The notes beneath the pieces were generated by a model. The model was not told where the DNA came from and did no database searches. It saw only the letters and a list, made by a program, of their open reading frames with translations. Shown here in pieces: positions 1 through 12,240 of a DNA stretch of 64,000 nt. Numbering within the stretch: position 1 is the first letter of the stretch; every line of letters begins with the position of its first letter. A program made the translations under genes and the position numbers. This DNA is from Felis catus (Eukaryota). Location: the NCBI RefSeq assembly GCF_018350175.1, contig NC_058373.1, forward strand, positions 113,524,001-113,588,000, written 5' to 3'.

Positions 1-199
1 CTTTGCTTTGAGTAAGGCCACTTCCTCTTCTGCCTACTCTACTTTAGGAAGTGCTGGTCATGTGTGTGAAAAACAAAACATGAACCTGGATCATGGGAAG
101 ATCTAAGGCTAAGTTACCAGGGAAGCACAGCTTTGCACACAGTTCAATATGCAGCTGTTGAGAATAATAAACTTGTGATCCAGGATAACACATGCCTAA

Positions 200-395
200 G
201 AACATGGACCACATTTACTAGCTGTGTCACTTTAGGCATGATATTCAACACCTCTAGGCTTAAGTTGTTCCACCTTTAAAAGGAGGGCAATATTGGCATC
301 TGCCTCACAGAACTATTGTGAGGCTTCAGTGAAATCATCCACTGAAAAGGCTCAGAGCAATGTCTGGCATATAGTAAGTACTCAGGAAATGTGAG
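200..395 (+). mobile_element. MIR-like remnant
   Basis: ttactagctgtgtcactttaggca...aacacctctaggct...tgtctggcatatagtaagtactca. Confidence 0.65.
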
Positions 396-636
396 CTTTT
401 GTTCCTTTTATCAGTCATCCTCAAAGTTTCCTCTAGTTTTAATCTCATTGCTATGGTAAAGATAATCATTACCTATGTTTCTTTCCTGGCTTAATAGCTG
501 GAACGATTATTAGTTGCTGGTCAATGCTGTCAACTCAAACGTCAATGTGGAAGGTGGCTTGAAATGGCCACATGTGTGGAGCATGGGATCAAGTGTGCCC
601 AATGGTGGGAAGGGGGCTGGCTGCACAGGACTGTAC

Positions 637-725
637 CTGCTCTGCTGTACACACCACTCCAGGACCTCTAGGTGAGCCCACAGCCCATCACAGGCATCCC
701 TGAGGAGCTTGTCACAGCCCTGGTC
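637..725 (-). CDS. ZFYVE26: ZFYVE26 exon 8 (89 nt), DQGCDKLLRDACDGLWAHLEVLEWCVQQS
   Basis: Acceptor tgcag|GACCAG and donor AG|gtacag; frame continues from exon 7. Confidence 0.93.
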
Positions 726-872
726 CTGCATTGACATGGAGAAGGAAGAGATGCTGAATCAGGAACCTGGGGTCAGGGATTGTGACCGACCTCAGGCCCC
801 TGCATTCTGCCTCACCTCAAAGCCTGGTATCACTCACTTCTGGAGTAGCTCACACTGCAGTGTGAGAGTTAC

Positions 873-1037
873 CTGGGTCCTGTGGAGTGTCTGGAGCAGA
901 CTCTTGGCTGATGCTAGGCTCTGGCAGTGTGTCCAGCCCAGGAGCACGAGCAGTCGACTGAGAGGCCTGAATTCTCTGTCGAGTAGGCAGCCAAGACTTG
1001 GGAAGTCTTCCTCTTTCAGCAGCGTGAGTGCCGTCAC
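873..1037 (-). CDS. ZFYVE26: ZFYVE26 exon 7 (165 nt), VTALTLLKEEDFPSLGCLLDREFRPLSRLLVLLGWTHCQSLASAKSLLQTLHRTQ
   Basis: Acceptor ttacag|GTG and donor CAG|gtaac; lies within ORF 834..1157. Confidence 0.95.
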
Positions 1038-1622
1038 CTGTAAGCCGACGGAGGCTGCTGTAAGGAGTTTTGTGGACCTGCCACTCAGGGTAGAAAGCTT
1101 TAGTTGAGCAGGGAGATGCCGGACAATGAAAAAAGTGGCCAGTTGAAGACAAAACATTCACACTGTAAGCTCTCAGAAGGCAGAGACTGACTTCTGTTGT
1201 AACCTCAGGTCCTAGCACAGTGCCTGGCACACAGGATGAGGTTAATAAATACCTGTTGAGTTCAACTAAAGCTTGGCTGCGGTCTGGAAGGAGAAGGTTA
1301 GACGGATTAAATTCCCGTCAGCTAGGCAACATATTGCTGCCACAGTCTTTTCTTCCTCACACCTTCCAGAAAGCTTATACATACCCAACATCTTAGTCCC
1401 CACCAAAGAGCGGATATAAAATGACTGCAGTTCTAATTAACAATGATACTGGTTCTCAGAGCCTTCTTTCCCCTGGGACTGTGGGATGGACACACCCAAT
1501 GACACATCACTAATTAGACTGCTTTGTGTAAGATAAATGAGTGGGAGAGAAAGGAGAAACGAAAAGGTCTATAGAGAATCCCTCGGTACTTCTGTGATGG
1601 AGAATGAATACGTTTGACTTAC

Positions 1623-1753
1623 CAGGATCTGCTCGAGGAAGTGCTTGCTGTTGCTCAAGCAGTAGAAATAGGCTGATTTCCAAGCCTGGGCTGGGTCAGG
1701 ATTGGAGAACAGGGCCAGCATTGCCTGCTCAGGATCTAGATGATCGGGGGAGA
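1623..1753 (-). CDS. ZFYVE26: ZFYVE26 exon 6 (131 nt), SPDHLDPEQAMLALFSNPDPAQAWKSAYFYCLSNSKHFLEQIL
   Basis: Acceptor tttttag|TC and donor CTG|gtaagt; phase fits exons 5 and 7. Confidence 0.95.
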
Positions 1754-2124
1754 CTAAAAATCAAACCAGACAGGGTTACCAGGGAACAGGAAGCTCTTCT
1801 TTCCTAAGCTAAAGCCCATTTGAAAAACCAACAGACGTGAGAATTCACGCTTTTAAAAACTTAAGCCAGGCTTTCTGTGCTTCTATCTTAAAGACTCTTT
1901 AACTTCTCTCAGTAGCTTCTGAAAAGCTCTTTCCTGCTATTGTTATTACTTTGTTATTTTTTTCCACCATTCCATCTTGGACTACAAAATCTGTACTTTT
2001 ACAAAAGAACACCTTATCATTTTTCCTAGATTTCCTGAGCAACTTGGAAGGCACTAGCCTAGAGGAACTTCAGAGGTACAGCAGAATTACCAAGACACAA
2101 GGAGAAGCAGCAAAGGGAACACAC

Positions 2125-2647
2125 CTTTTCCCGAGGGTATGGTCCTCGCTGGCTTTTCTGCGGCCTTCTCTGCATAAGTATGGCCATACAGGGATAGCAG
2201 GCTCCGTCCTGCCTTGTGGAGCAGGCAGCTGAGCACCCGCTCCTCCTGCAGGGAGTTCCCCTCAGCCCTGCAGGCCTCCAGTAGTTCCTCACAAAGGAGA
2301 TGCAGCTCAACTTCGAGAGACTCTGCAGGGCAATGCAGAGTCCGCAGGGCTCCATAGATAGCATCTACTTCACCAGGGGGCCCAGTGGCGGAGCCCCGCA
2401 CAGCCTGAAGCGCCCTTCGAATGAAGTCCACCAGTGCCTTCTGCAGGGGCCAGCCACAGAGGCCAGTGCCGTCGTCTTCTCTAAGCAGGAGCTCCAGCAG
2501 GGCCTGTGCTGGCTGGGGAGACTGCCTCAGAAGATCCCAGAGCACAGAGACGGCTTCTGAGCTGAGCCGAGGGGTCCAGCTATCCCGCCTCTGATTTCCA
2601 TCAAGCACAGGGCCTCCTGAATCTTGTGCTAGGGCCTCATATAGCTC
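2125..2647 (-). CDS. ZFYVE26: ZFYVE26 exon 5 (523 nt)
   Basis: Acceptor ctatttag|GAGCTA and donor AAG|gtgtgt; overlaps ORF 2087..2608 (LSSEAVSVLWDLLRQSPQPAQALLELLL...). Confidence 0.95.
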
Positions 2648-3165
2648 CTAAATAGAGGATGAAGAGAAGGATCCATGGGAGGCATGTCTAGAATGTTACC
2701 ATTTATAAGCCTTGAAGCTTTCCCCTTTTCGGTAGAAATATGCACGTGTATATAATAGTAGCAGTAGCAAACACTTCTGTAGTAGTTACTTCCTGCCAGG
2801 CCCTTTACATAGAAAAATCAAATTAACCCTTACAAGAGCAAGACACTGCTATTATCATCATTTTACAAATGAAGAGATTGAGGCAAAAAAGATTGAAGCA
2901 AAGAGATAACTCAATCTCCCAAGGCCTCCATTCTCAAGCTAGTCCCCCTCACCACCTCCAAAATGTGCACTGTAGATCTAAATCAAGGGCTGCAAATTGA
3001 TAGACCACGTTGGTAACAAATGGGCATGAGACATGATGCCCACTCTCATGGCATTTAAATTCAACTTTTAAAAGAACATTATATACCAGTTTTTAACTTC
3101 TGCTCTAAATCCTAGCCATCCTTTGAGGTATACCCCATTCCTCATCCTTTAAAGTCTTCCCCAAG

Positions 3166-3755
3166 GGGTGCCTGGGTGGTTCAGTTGGTTGAGCATCCAA
3201 TTTTGGCTCAGGTGGGTTTGAGCCCCACATTGGGCTTTCTGCTGTTCAGTGTAGAGCACACTTCAGATCCTCTGTCCCCCTCACTCTCTATCCCTCCCCT
3301 GCTCATGCACATGTGTTCTGTCTCTTAAAAAAATAATAAATAAATAAACTTGAAACAAACAAACAAACAAACAAACAAAGAAATCTTCCCCGTACCTCCA
3401 ACTCACACAACTCTCCCTCTTTATTGGGCTTTCAAAGTACTCAAAATTAGTGCCATCTGGTTTAGTCCACAATTGTGGCATGTGTGTATTAGTCTTTCTC
3501 CCTGACTAGATGGTAAGCCTTTAAAGGTAAGCACCTCTACGGGACGCCTGGGTGGCTCAGTTGGTTGAGCGTCTGACCTTGGCTCAGGTCATGATCTCAC
3601 AGTTCATGAGTTTGAGCCCTGTGCCAGCTTTTGTGCTGACAGCGCAGAACCTGGAGCCCGCTTTGAGTTCTATGTCTTCCTCTCTCTCTCTGCCCCTTCC
3701 TTTCTCATGCTGTGTGTGTCTCTCTCTCCCTCTCAAAAACAAACATTAAAAAGTT
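3166..3755 (+). mobile_element. Two SINEC elements (~3166-3378 and ~3541-3755)
   Basis: GGGG(T/C)GCCTGGGTGG heads, CT-rich bodies and A-rich tails. Confidence 0.9.
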
Positions 3756-4501
3756 TTTTTTTTAAGGCAAGAACCTCTACATTCTCTAATCTGTTTGCAG
3801 GGTTAGGGTAGAGGCAGAAAAGAGGACGGAGCAGTAGGTGATTTCTCACGCGTTAGCACCATGCCTATGGACAGTACTGAGGGATGCTTCTTCATTAACT
3901 GCTTCCAACATGGTCACAGGGTCATGGGTCTTTGACCTAATACAAGTGTAAGTCCCTACCTTAAATCCTACTGCTAATATGTATTTAATTAGCTGGTGGC
4001 CAGGTCATGAAGAAAATCAGTACTGAGCGTCAGAGCATACCTCAGGCACCTTAGATATAGTTAAGATTTAGTTTGATCTGCCCCCAGAAATTTGTTGTGA
4101 GGATTACCACATTCAATGCACCTGTTATAGAAGAGGTATTCAACAAACACTAATTCCTTCCTCCCTTTATATTCCCTATGATACACTGGTGAAAAATTCA
4201 AACATCCAGTTTAAATCCAAGTTATGTATTCCTTTCCCATGAAAAGAAAAAAAAAAAACAACAACACCTTTAATCCCCAGTTATACATAGTACTTCTGGA
4301 CAATCCAACTCTAAGAATTCTAAAATCAGGTAAGTTTATTCCAATTCTGAGCTCTCTTGAAAGGGACATCTACCTAGCTTGGTCTTGCCTGAGAACAGAG
4401 TATAGCCAACCTCCTTGGGACCTATCTCTGCTAGATCCTTGGGAGCTGAGCTTATCGAGTGATAGTAACCCTAGGCAGATAGCTCCCCAGCACTCTCTTA
4501 C

Positions 4502-4591
4502 CTTGAGGATGTCCTCAGGAATGTCACTTTGGAGGTCTTCTGATAATAAAAGAAACTCAAGCTTTCTCCGGAAAACACTTGGGAGTAATTT
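4502..4591 (-). CDS. ZFYVE26: ZFYVE26 exon 4 (90 nt), KLLPSVFRRKLEFLLLSEDLQSDIPEDILK
   Basis: Acceptor ttctag|AAA and donor AAG|gtaaga; phase 0/0. Confidence 0.95.
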
Positions 4592-5062
4592 CTAGAAGAA
4601 TCATAAGAAGGAAGCATAGAGATTAGGCATATTCTTTGTTAACAAATAATATTTCTCTTCAGTTAGTCTTATTTCTGCTGCTTCTCTAAGATAAAGCACT
4701 TTTAACCACTAAATTCTTCGATATGTTTGAGATGTTTTTTTTTTTCTAAATAAAAACAGCTAAATTTGGATGCATATCCCTCTTAAATACTAACATTTAA
4801 CTCCTACTCTGATTAGCCTCAAATTCCAAGCTTTGTTCATTTCATGTGACTTTTCTGTCATATGAGGTCTTTTTCAAAGAAATGTCCTTGTGGTGTCCAA
4901 ACACCCAGTCACGAGTAAGCTTGGGAAAGTATGGCCCACATGATCCTCTTTTGGTCCAAACCCATTTTTGATATTCATTACAAGGTGGAAAACAATAGGA
5001 AAGAGGAAGAGATCTAATGTTTATTAAACACTTATTATATGCCAGGTACTGTGTGTCATATA

Positions 5063-5436
5063 TTTTTTTAATGTTTATTTATTTCTGAGACAGAGAGAGA
5101 CAGAGGATGAGTGGGGGAGGGGCAGGGAGAGAGGGAGACACAGAATCTGAAACAGGCACCAGGCTCTGAGCTGTCAGCACAGAGCCCGACGCCAGGCTTG
5201 AACTCATACCCGTGAGATCATGACCTGAGCCGAAGTTGGACGCTCAACTGACTGAGCCACCCAGGCACCCCTGTCATATTTTTACAAATTAAAAAAAAAA
5301 ATTAATTAATCTCTAAATCAAACAAACCTATGGCTTAAATATATATATATCTTATTTTTTTTAAGTTTATTTATTTATTTTGAGAGAGAGAAATAGAGCG
5401 TGAGCAGGGGAGGAGCAGAGAGAGGGAAAGATGGGG

Positions 5437-5480
<44 letters not shown>

Positions 5481-5941
5481 CAGAGAATCCCATGCAGGCT
5501 CTGTGCTGTCAGTGCAGAGTCCAATGTAGGGCTTGATCTCATGAACTGTGGGATCATGACCTGAGCTGAAACCGAGTGTCAGCCATTTAACCTACTTAAC
5601 CACTCAGGTGCCCAAGTCTCTATTTTTAAAAAAAATTTTTTTTTTCAACGTTTATTTATTTTTGGGACAGAGAGAGACAGAGCATGAACGGGGGAGGGGC
5701 AGAGAGAGAGGGAGACACAGAATCGGAAACAGGCTCCAGGCTCTGAGCCATCAGCCCAGAGCCTGATGCGGGGCTCGAACTCACGGACTGCGAGATCGTG
5801 ACCTGGCTGAAGTCGGACGCTTAACCGACTGCGCCACCCAGGCGCCCCCTAAGTCTCTATTAAAGAAATTTTTTTTAATGTTTATTTATTTTTGAGAGAC
5901 AGACGCAGCATGAGCGAGTAAGGGGCAGAGAGAGAGAAAAC

Positions 5942-5973
<32 letters not shown>

Positions 5974-6648
5974 ATCTGAAGCAGGCTCCATGCTCCAAGC
6001 TGTCAGGACACAGCCTGATGCAAGGCTTGAACTCACAAACTGTGAGATCATGATCTGGGCCAAAGTTGTGTGCTTAACCGAATGAGCCACTCAGGTGCCC
6101 CTAAAAACAACCTTTACTAAAGATGAAATGGTGAGGAAGTATTTTCTAATTATTTCAAGTATGCAAAAGTGATCCCATCAAATATTTGTTAATGAGACAT
6201 GCCACCAGAGAAGACTGATGTATGAAAGAAAGAGCCCCTGACTCTTCCTGGACCTGCTTGTTTCACAGTAACTTGCTTTACCTGGTTCATAAAACTAAAA
6301 TTATAGTTTCCCTTTCTCTAGACACAAATACAAATAAGAGTAAAATCTAGGACTAATCCTGACAAACACTGCTTTAAAGACACCTATAAATCACATGGCT
6401 GATTAAAGGTTCCAGGAGTCATATTTTTTAAATTAATTTTTAAAAAATGTTTATTTAGTTTTGAGGGAGAGAGAGACAGAGTGTGAGCAGGGGAGAGGCA
6501 GAGAGAGAGGGAGACACAGAATCCAAAGCAGGCTCCAGACTCCGAGCTGTCAGCACAGAGCCCGATGTGGGGCTCGAACTCACAAACTGCAAGATCATGA
6601 CCTGAGCCAAGGTTGGACACTTAACCAACTGAGCCACCCAGGCACCCC
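5063..6648 (-). mobile_element. Cluster of five same-orientation SINECs (~5063-5271, 5355-5613, 5625-5848, 5868-6100, 6425-6648); 5625-5848 is a young SINEC_Fc
   Basis: Reverse-complement heads (CCAGG(C/T)(G/A)CCCC), GA tracts and T-rich tails; AAGTCTCTATT repeated at 5614-5624 and 5851-5861. Confidence 0.9.
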
Positions 6649-7650
6649 TCCGGGAGTCATATTTTACGGTAAAGTCTCCTATCTCAAGCAAGAAGCACCT
6701 GCAAGATCGTTTGTGTGTGGGGGGAGGGGGGTGGGTTTAGAACACAAGATCATACTCTACTCAAGTGCCATTCATCATGTCACAGGCTAACATGATCTGG
6801 TGTGTTTGTGGTGTAAAACCCTATCTCTTCTTACCGCATCCTTCTCTCATGCATGTATGCCATCTGAATGCTTATATAAATGCTAGTGATTGAAGTTGGT
6901 GAAGAAAATTCATGCTGGAAAGCTAAAGGTTAAATTCTTCTATTGAGGACTAAAAGAAAGGAATAGATAAGATGTCCAGACAGCAGGCCTTTGAAAAAAA
7001 AAAAACCTGGTTAAGGTATTAGGACTTTAATCTAGAATCCTAAAGACTCAGTAGCTTATAATTATTTTACTGGTGAAAATACTTTATGCACATGCAGGGT
7101 CATAAATGACTAACATTTCTAAAACAGGGAAGAATTTGCTCCATGTTTCTAAGCATGGATCTTACTATCAAAGCAAGGTGTGTTCAATGCAGAAAAATTA
7201 AAATATGGAAATAGGCAAGTGAAAACACACACATACATGCTCCAAATCTTCCCACTGAAAGAGAGCTTCTATTAATACTGTGGTCTAAGGGCATCCAGAC
7301 CATTTCTATGCACACATCTCAAATGTATAGTTTTCTAAAAAATGTTTTTCACATAGTACAGTATGAACATCCTTCCATGTCACTGAAAGTTCATTTACCA
7401 CATAATTTTAATAGTGGCATGATATTTTACAAACAGATTAACCAATCCTATACTGTGGACATGGGAGTTGTTTCCAGTTTTCCTCTTATTAGAAGCAGCA
7501 TGCAGTGAACATCTCTGCAGTTAAGTCTTTGCAAACATGCTTCCACATGTAGAGAGAAATCACCGCAAGATACAAAGGCAGAAGGCAAAGGTGGATGAAG
7601 AAAAGGGAAAATGGAACCACTGTTTCAAGTAATAATTAAAAAGGAAGCTT

Positions 7651-7820
7651 CGGACACCAGGGTGGCTTTGTCTGTTGAGTGTCCACTTCGGCTCAGGTCC
7701 CCATCTCCTGGTTTGTGAGTTTGAGCCCTGCATCGGGGCTTGCTGCTATCAGTGCAGAGTCCCCCTCTCTCTGTCCCTCCCCTGCTCGTGCTCTCTCAAA
7801 AATAAATAAACATTTAAAAA
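7651..7820 (+). mobile_element. SINEC (diverged, internally deleted)
   Basis: SINEC body with AAAAAGGAAGCTT on both flanks. Confidence 0.85.
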
Positions 7821-8801
7821 GGAAGCTTTTGACAGAAGGTGGGAGACTGGAAAAGGAGAGGCAGCCAGCAAGTCCCCTAAAAGATAAAGGCCACTCTGGG
7901 ACAGCAACTGGTCTTGCGGAACTATTCTTAAGAACCCATTTGCAATCTTAGTCCTTCTAAAAGAGGTAAGACTGAGGTCCTTGCTTAAAGTTTAAACCAT
8001 TCCCACAACTGTTTAAATAACTGAGGCACTGAAGCTTTAAGACCAAATGATCTTGATGTTTGGAAAAACAAGAACTATTCTTAGTCTGTGCTAAGGAGCC
8101 ATGGAAGTGAAATCAACCACCTGGTTGAGCAACTGTACAGAAAATAAGCAACAAAGTAGCCATAAAGTAGGTAAATGCCCTTCAGTGAGGGGAAAGTTCA
8201 CTTGGTTTAACCAAATTCCATGCTTGGACTAGAAAGATCTTTAGTCAATAACAACAGACATTTTTTCTTTTTCTCTCTGAAGACACTCTGAATATTTTAA
8301 CTCAAGTTTTCCCTTTTAGATCTGCAACGATAGCTAACTTAATCATTCTGGGCTTATTTTTTAATTTTGCTTCTCTTTTTTCTCTCTCCTGGCTAGTCTT
8401 TTTGTAATTTTTTTTTTCTTTTTTTAGACTTGGAAAAGCCTGGACAAAAAATACATTTAGATTAGTAATTTCTTGTATTTTTTGATAGCAATGTGGAGAA
8501 AGAGAAGTGTTAGGCAAAACTGGAACTAAAAGCAAAATTAATTCTAATGATAGAGGGGAGTAAAGAAGAAAATCAGGCTGACTTACATTTACAAAACAGA
8601 ATTTATGGTTTCTGGCTTTTAAGTCCATAAGGCTAAAAATAATGTTCAGCAGGAAAAACCAGTAGGCTAGGGATTCAAAGTCAGAAGATCTTGGTTCCAG
8701 CCTTAGTTTTGCCAACTAACTTTATGGTGTGACCCTGGGCCAGTCATTTCTTCATTTCTCTTCTGGGTCAGAAGTTCCTCACTTTAAAATCCTAAAGTCT
8801 A

Positions 8802-8908
8802 CAGGCACCTGGGTGGCTCAGTTGATTAAGTGTCTGACTTCGGCTCAGGTTATGATCTCCTGGTTGGTGAGTTTAAACCCTGTACTGACAGTGCAGAGCC
8901 TGCTTGGG

Positions 8909-8962
<54 letters not shown>

Positions 8963-9035
8963 CTCCGTCTCTCTCCCACTCATTCTCTCTCTCGCTCCCT
9001 CAAAGTAATAATCTTAAAAAAATTAAAAAAATAAA
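8802..9035 (+). mobile_element. SINEC with expanded (CT)n
   Basis: Head ggcacctgggtggctcag; (CT)n at ~8911-8951. Confidence 0.88.
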
Positions 9036-9674
9036 AATCTTAAATTCTGGGGCTTAATACAAAATTGTCTCAGAGAAATTCCTCCAATGGATAGCAATTT
9101 CTGATAATTATCACATACTTGTAAAAAGGCTTTTAATGGCAATCTTTCTTTTTTTTTTAAAAAAGCACTTCGTTATAAGGTTTCTTTCACTAAATCTGCA
9201 CACTGTGTTTTTATATTTGGTAACTTTTAGTTTAATTCATGTGGATTATTAAATTATTAATTAATAAGGCTTAAATCTGTAAACTTTCACTGCACCGGAC
9301 TAGTTAAAATGAGCTTTTTGGAAGAACAACCAGGTTTCGGCTCAGCCCATTCTCTATTACTTGAGTATTATGAGGTTCATACTTCATTTGCTATGTTGTC
9401 ACTTTCACTCAGATTTGCGAAGTTCTGTTCAGGTACAAGACTCACAGTGGTATCTAACAAAATTATATCACCAATGTATGTTGGTGGATTAATGAATAAA
9501 TTTAGGTAAGGAAACAGCAATAAAAACTCAAGCCATTCTCACTGTCAATACTGAGAGGGGAATATGACAAGCCTCATAATAAAGGAAGTAACAGATAAAA
9601 AGGAAATCTTAAAGCTACTTCCAAGTTCTTCTCAGTGTTGGCCTCAGAAAAACTTTGAATATAAACCTGCTTAC

Positions 9675-9753
9675 CTTTTCCTGGGAGAACCATTTTTCCA
9701 GTACAAGAAACCAGATCCAGGCTAATCTTTGAGGGTTGATGTCCTGTCCACAT
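9675..9753 (-). CDS. ZFYVE26: ZFYVE26 exon 3 (79 nt), CGQDINPQRLAWIWFLVLEKWFSQEK
   Basis: Acceptor atttttcag|A and donor AAG|gtaagc; phase 2/0. Confidence 0.95.
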
Positions 9754-10004
9754 CTGAAAAATGTAAAAAGAAAGAATTTCTGAACAAAGACTTTCTACTG
9801 ACCTTTTCTCTTTTGTGATCCAAGATTGGGATTTCACTGCTCAGTCTGTTTTAAACCTAAACAGGCATGACATTGTACTAGTGAGAAATTTTCAAATGTA
9901 TATGATAGATCAATAAAACTAGAACCAGAACAGCGCTAGATTTCATTAAAAAAAAAAAAAAAAGGAAAAAAGTCTCACCCCTGCCTCTACCTCCCTATCT
10001 AGTC

Positions 10005-10045
10005 TTTATTATTATTATTTTAATTTTTTATTGTTTTTATTTATT

Positions 10046-10083
<38 letters not shown>

Positions 10084-10247
10084 CGTGAGCAGGAGAGGGG
10101 CAGAGTGAGAGGGAGACACAGAATTTGAAGTAGGCTCCAGGCTCTGGGCTGTCAGCACAGAATCCGACGCAGGGCTCGAACTCATGGACAGGGAGATCAT
10201 GACTTGAGCCGAAGTCGGATGCCCAACAGACTGAGCCACCCAGGCGC
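10005..10247 (-). mobile_element. SINEC
   Basis: Reverse-complement head, (GA)n and T-rich tail. Confidence 0.9.
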
Positions 10248-10629
10248 TTTTTATTTTTATTATTTTTAAACATTACATAGAAAACCATAAAAAGCAAAGC
10301 TCTCTAAAGTATATTGTTGAAAACAGAAACTGAGTCAAGTAGTCTTAAAGAAAATAAGGAATTTCATAAAAATTTATTAACTCTAGGCTAAAAACAGGGT
10401 TACAGGAATTCATAAGGGTTTTTTCAAAGTTAGTAATTTAGATAGAACCTGGCTAGAACCCAAATTTAAGGGGAAAAAATCACCTAAGTTTCTACTCTCT
10501 ACATACTAATACAATATAATATAGCTGCCAAAGTAAGGAAGAGTAAGGGAAAGACTAAATAGCACACTTAACTATTATACCACTAGCTGTTAATAGCACT
10601 GCCAGGAAGAGCTTCATTAAAAATTTAGA

Positions 10630-11025
10630 TAGAGAACAGTGGTTGCCAGGGTAAAAGGAGGGTTCAAAATACAAAGAGGTATTCCCAGGAAGTACAGGAA
10701 TTCTTTTGTGGTGATGCAAGAGTTCTGCAGCTTGATTTTTATTGGTATTACATGAGTCTGTGCATGGATAAAATTGCACAGAACTACACACATAAAAACA
10801 AATGCACATTAAAAAAATGGTGAAAACTGAATAAGGTCTGTAATCTACTTAACAGTAATATACCAATGTCAATTTCCTGATTTTGACATTGTACAATAGG
10901 TATATGAGATATTGCAATTGGGGGAAGCTGGGTAAGGTTACTCTGTATTTTTTTGCACATTTTGTGAATGTAAACCTTATTTATATAATTTTTGATATTT
11001 ATATAATTATTTCAAAAATAAAAAC
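10630..11025 (+). mobile_element. Old L1 (L1M-type) 3' end fragment
   Basis: cagtggttgccaggg...aaaattgcacagaac...caatgtcaatttcctgattttgacattgtac...ttatttcaaaaataaaaa. Confidence 0.7.
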
Positions 11026-11397
11026 CTTAAGTAAATTAGCTTCTAGTCTTTTGTTACAACTACAACATCATAAGCAAGAAAAGAGCAGCGTTTGCTTTTC
11101 TGGAGGCAAAGAAATGCTTTTCAATTCAGTTCCACCATCTACTTTTATGATAATAATCAAGAAATGGTGGTTTCAGGCACACTTTGCTGTCCAGGATTAA
11201 ATGCTGGTTCAGATGATAATTCAAAGCCAACACCGATTAATAAACATGTATCATACAGGTAAATTTTCAGAGCATGTGAAATACACTCTGCCTCTGCTAA
11301 TTCTTCAGAGAGGAGGTGAGAGTAGGTGACCAGAGCCCAAATATTGACCTTGTGTCTCCCGCCCTGTAACTTCCTGGGAAGAAGAGACATTCCTTAC

Positions 11398-11591
11398 CTC
11401 AGCTGATCTGGACACACCACGAGCGCCTGAAGTATATCTTCCACCTTCTTTGGGATATCCCCTTGTGCCTCGTGTAGCTGAGGTACACATGCCTGTGCCA
11501 GCTCCCATTCTCCTCTGCGAAGGCACTCACAGAAAAACCCAAAAAGCTGCTTCTGAGAAGCAATTTCCTCTTTTCCAAATGGATGATGCAT
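11398..11591 (-). CDS. ZFYVE26: ZFYVE26 exon 2 coding part (194 nt, ATG at 11591); whole exon 11398-11674
   Basis: ORF 11394..11591; donor GAG|gtaagg; acceptor tgtttccag|GAGG lies 83 nt upstream of the ATG. Confidence 0.96.
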
Positions 11592-12171
11592 TTTCCCAGC
11601 ACAGAGTGCAGGGAGATAGAAAGAGATGAATTACGCAGAACACATTGTCAATTTTCTCATTCGTGGAGCGCCTCCTGGAAACAATACACACCACATTGAG
11701 GAGAAACGGAACGCACTATATTTAGACAAACTAGTAACTACTAGACTGGCTGGGAAAAGCGGGACTTACTTCCCTAATTATCGTTTTATGTTTGATTTGA
11801 CGTGCTACTATCTTTTTTTGAGAAGTTCCACCTTTCCCCGAGGGGTGGATCCCATCTCTCTACACACATCCAATATTTAATTAAACTTAATAGTCGTATT
11901 AGCTCGGGGCGCAGACCCACAAATCTTCTTTCATATTCCCCACTTAACTTTAGACCCAGTCCCGCTCCAAATCCCCAGGTGGTCGCCTCCCTAAGTATGA
12001 GAAATGCAGCAGGAACCTCCCTAGTTTGAGCCCTCTCTTAAGGCGGAGGAGTGAAGATCATCAGATGAGTGTGTGTCAGAGCTGGAGGACGGTGGAGATT
12101 GGAGCGCAGGGACGCTCCCTACAGGGGTCGTGGTGAACGCCCCCACCTTCTCTGGGGCGCCTTACACTCAC

Positions 12172-12240
12172 CTGCTCCTGGTACCCAAAGCAATAGAGCT
12201 TCCAGCGCAGCCATGTTTGAGCCGAGTCAGGTGATAGATC
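12172..12240 (-). other. ZFYVE26: ZFYVE26 5'UTR exon 1 (5' end approximate)
   Basis: Consensus donor CAG|gtgagt at 12172/12171 in a CpG-rich region just downstream of promoter motifs. Confidence 0.75.

Larger units (their letters stand above)
637..12240 (-). other. ZFYVE26: ZFYVE26 (spastizin) gene, 5' part, exons 1-8; continues past the left edge
   Basis: Spliced ORF begins MHHPFGKEEIASQKQLFGFFCECLRRGEWELAQACVPQL. Coding exon lengths of 194/79/90/523/131/165/89 nt join in frame with GT-AG ends. TSS is approximate. Confidence 0.97.

Noticed and set aside
709..2560. Plus-strand ORFs (709..1107, 1951..2232, 2300..2560) and alternative-frame minus ORFs
   Set aside because: Shadows of GC-rich ZFYVE26 exons with no independent homology or splice structure
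2370..3465. Partial CTCF-like motifs (TCACCAGGGGGCCC at ~2370 in exon 5; GTGCCATCTGGTTT at ~3450)
   Set aside because: Mismatches at key 5' core positions; the first is also explained by coding sequence
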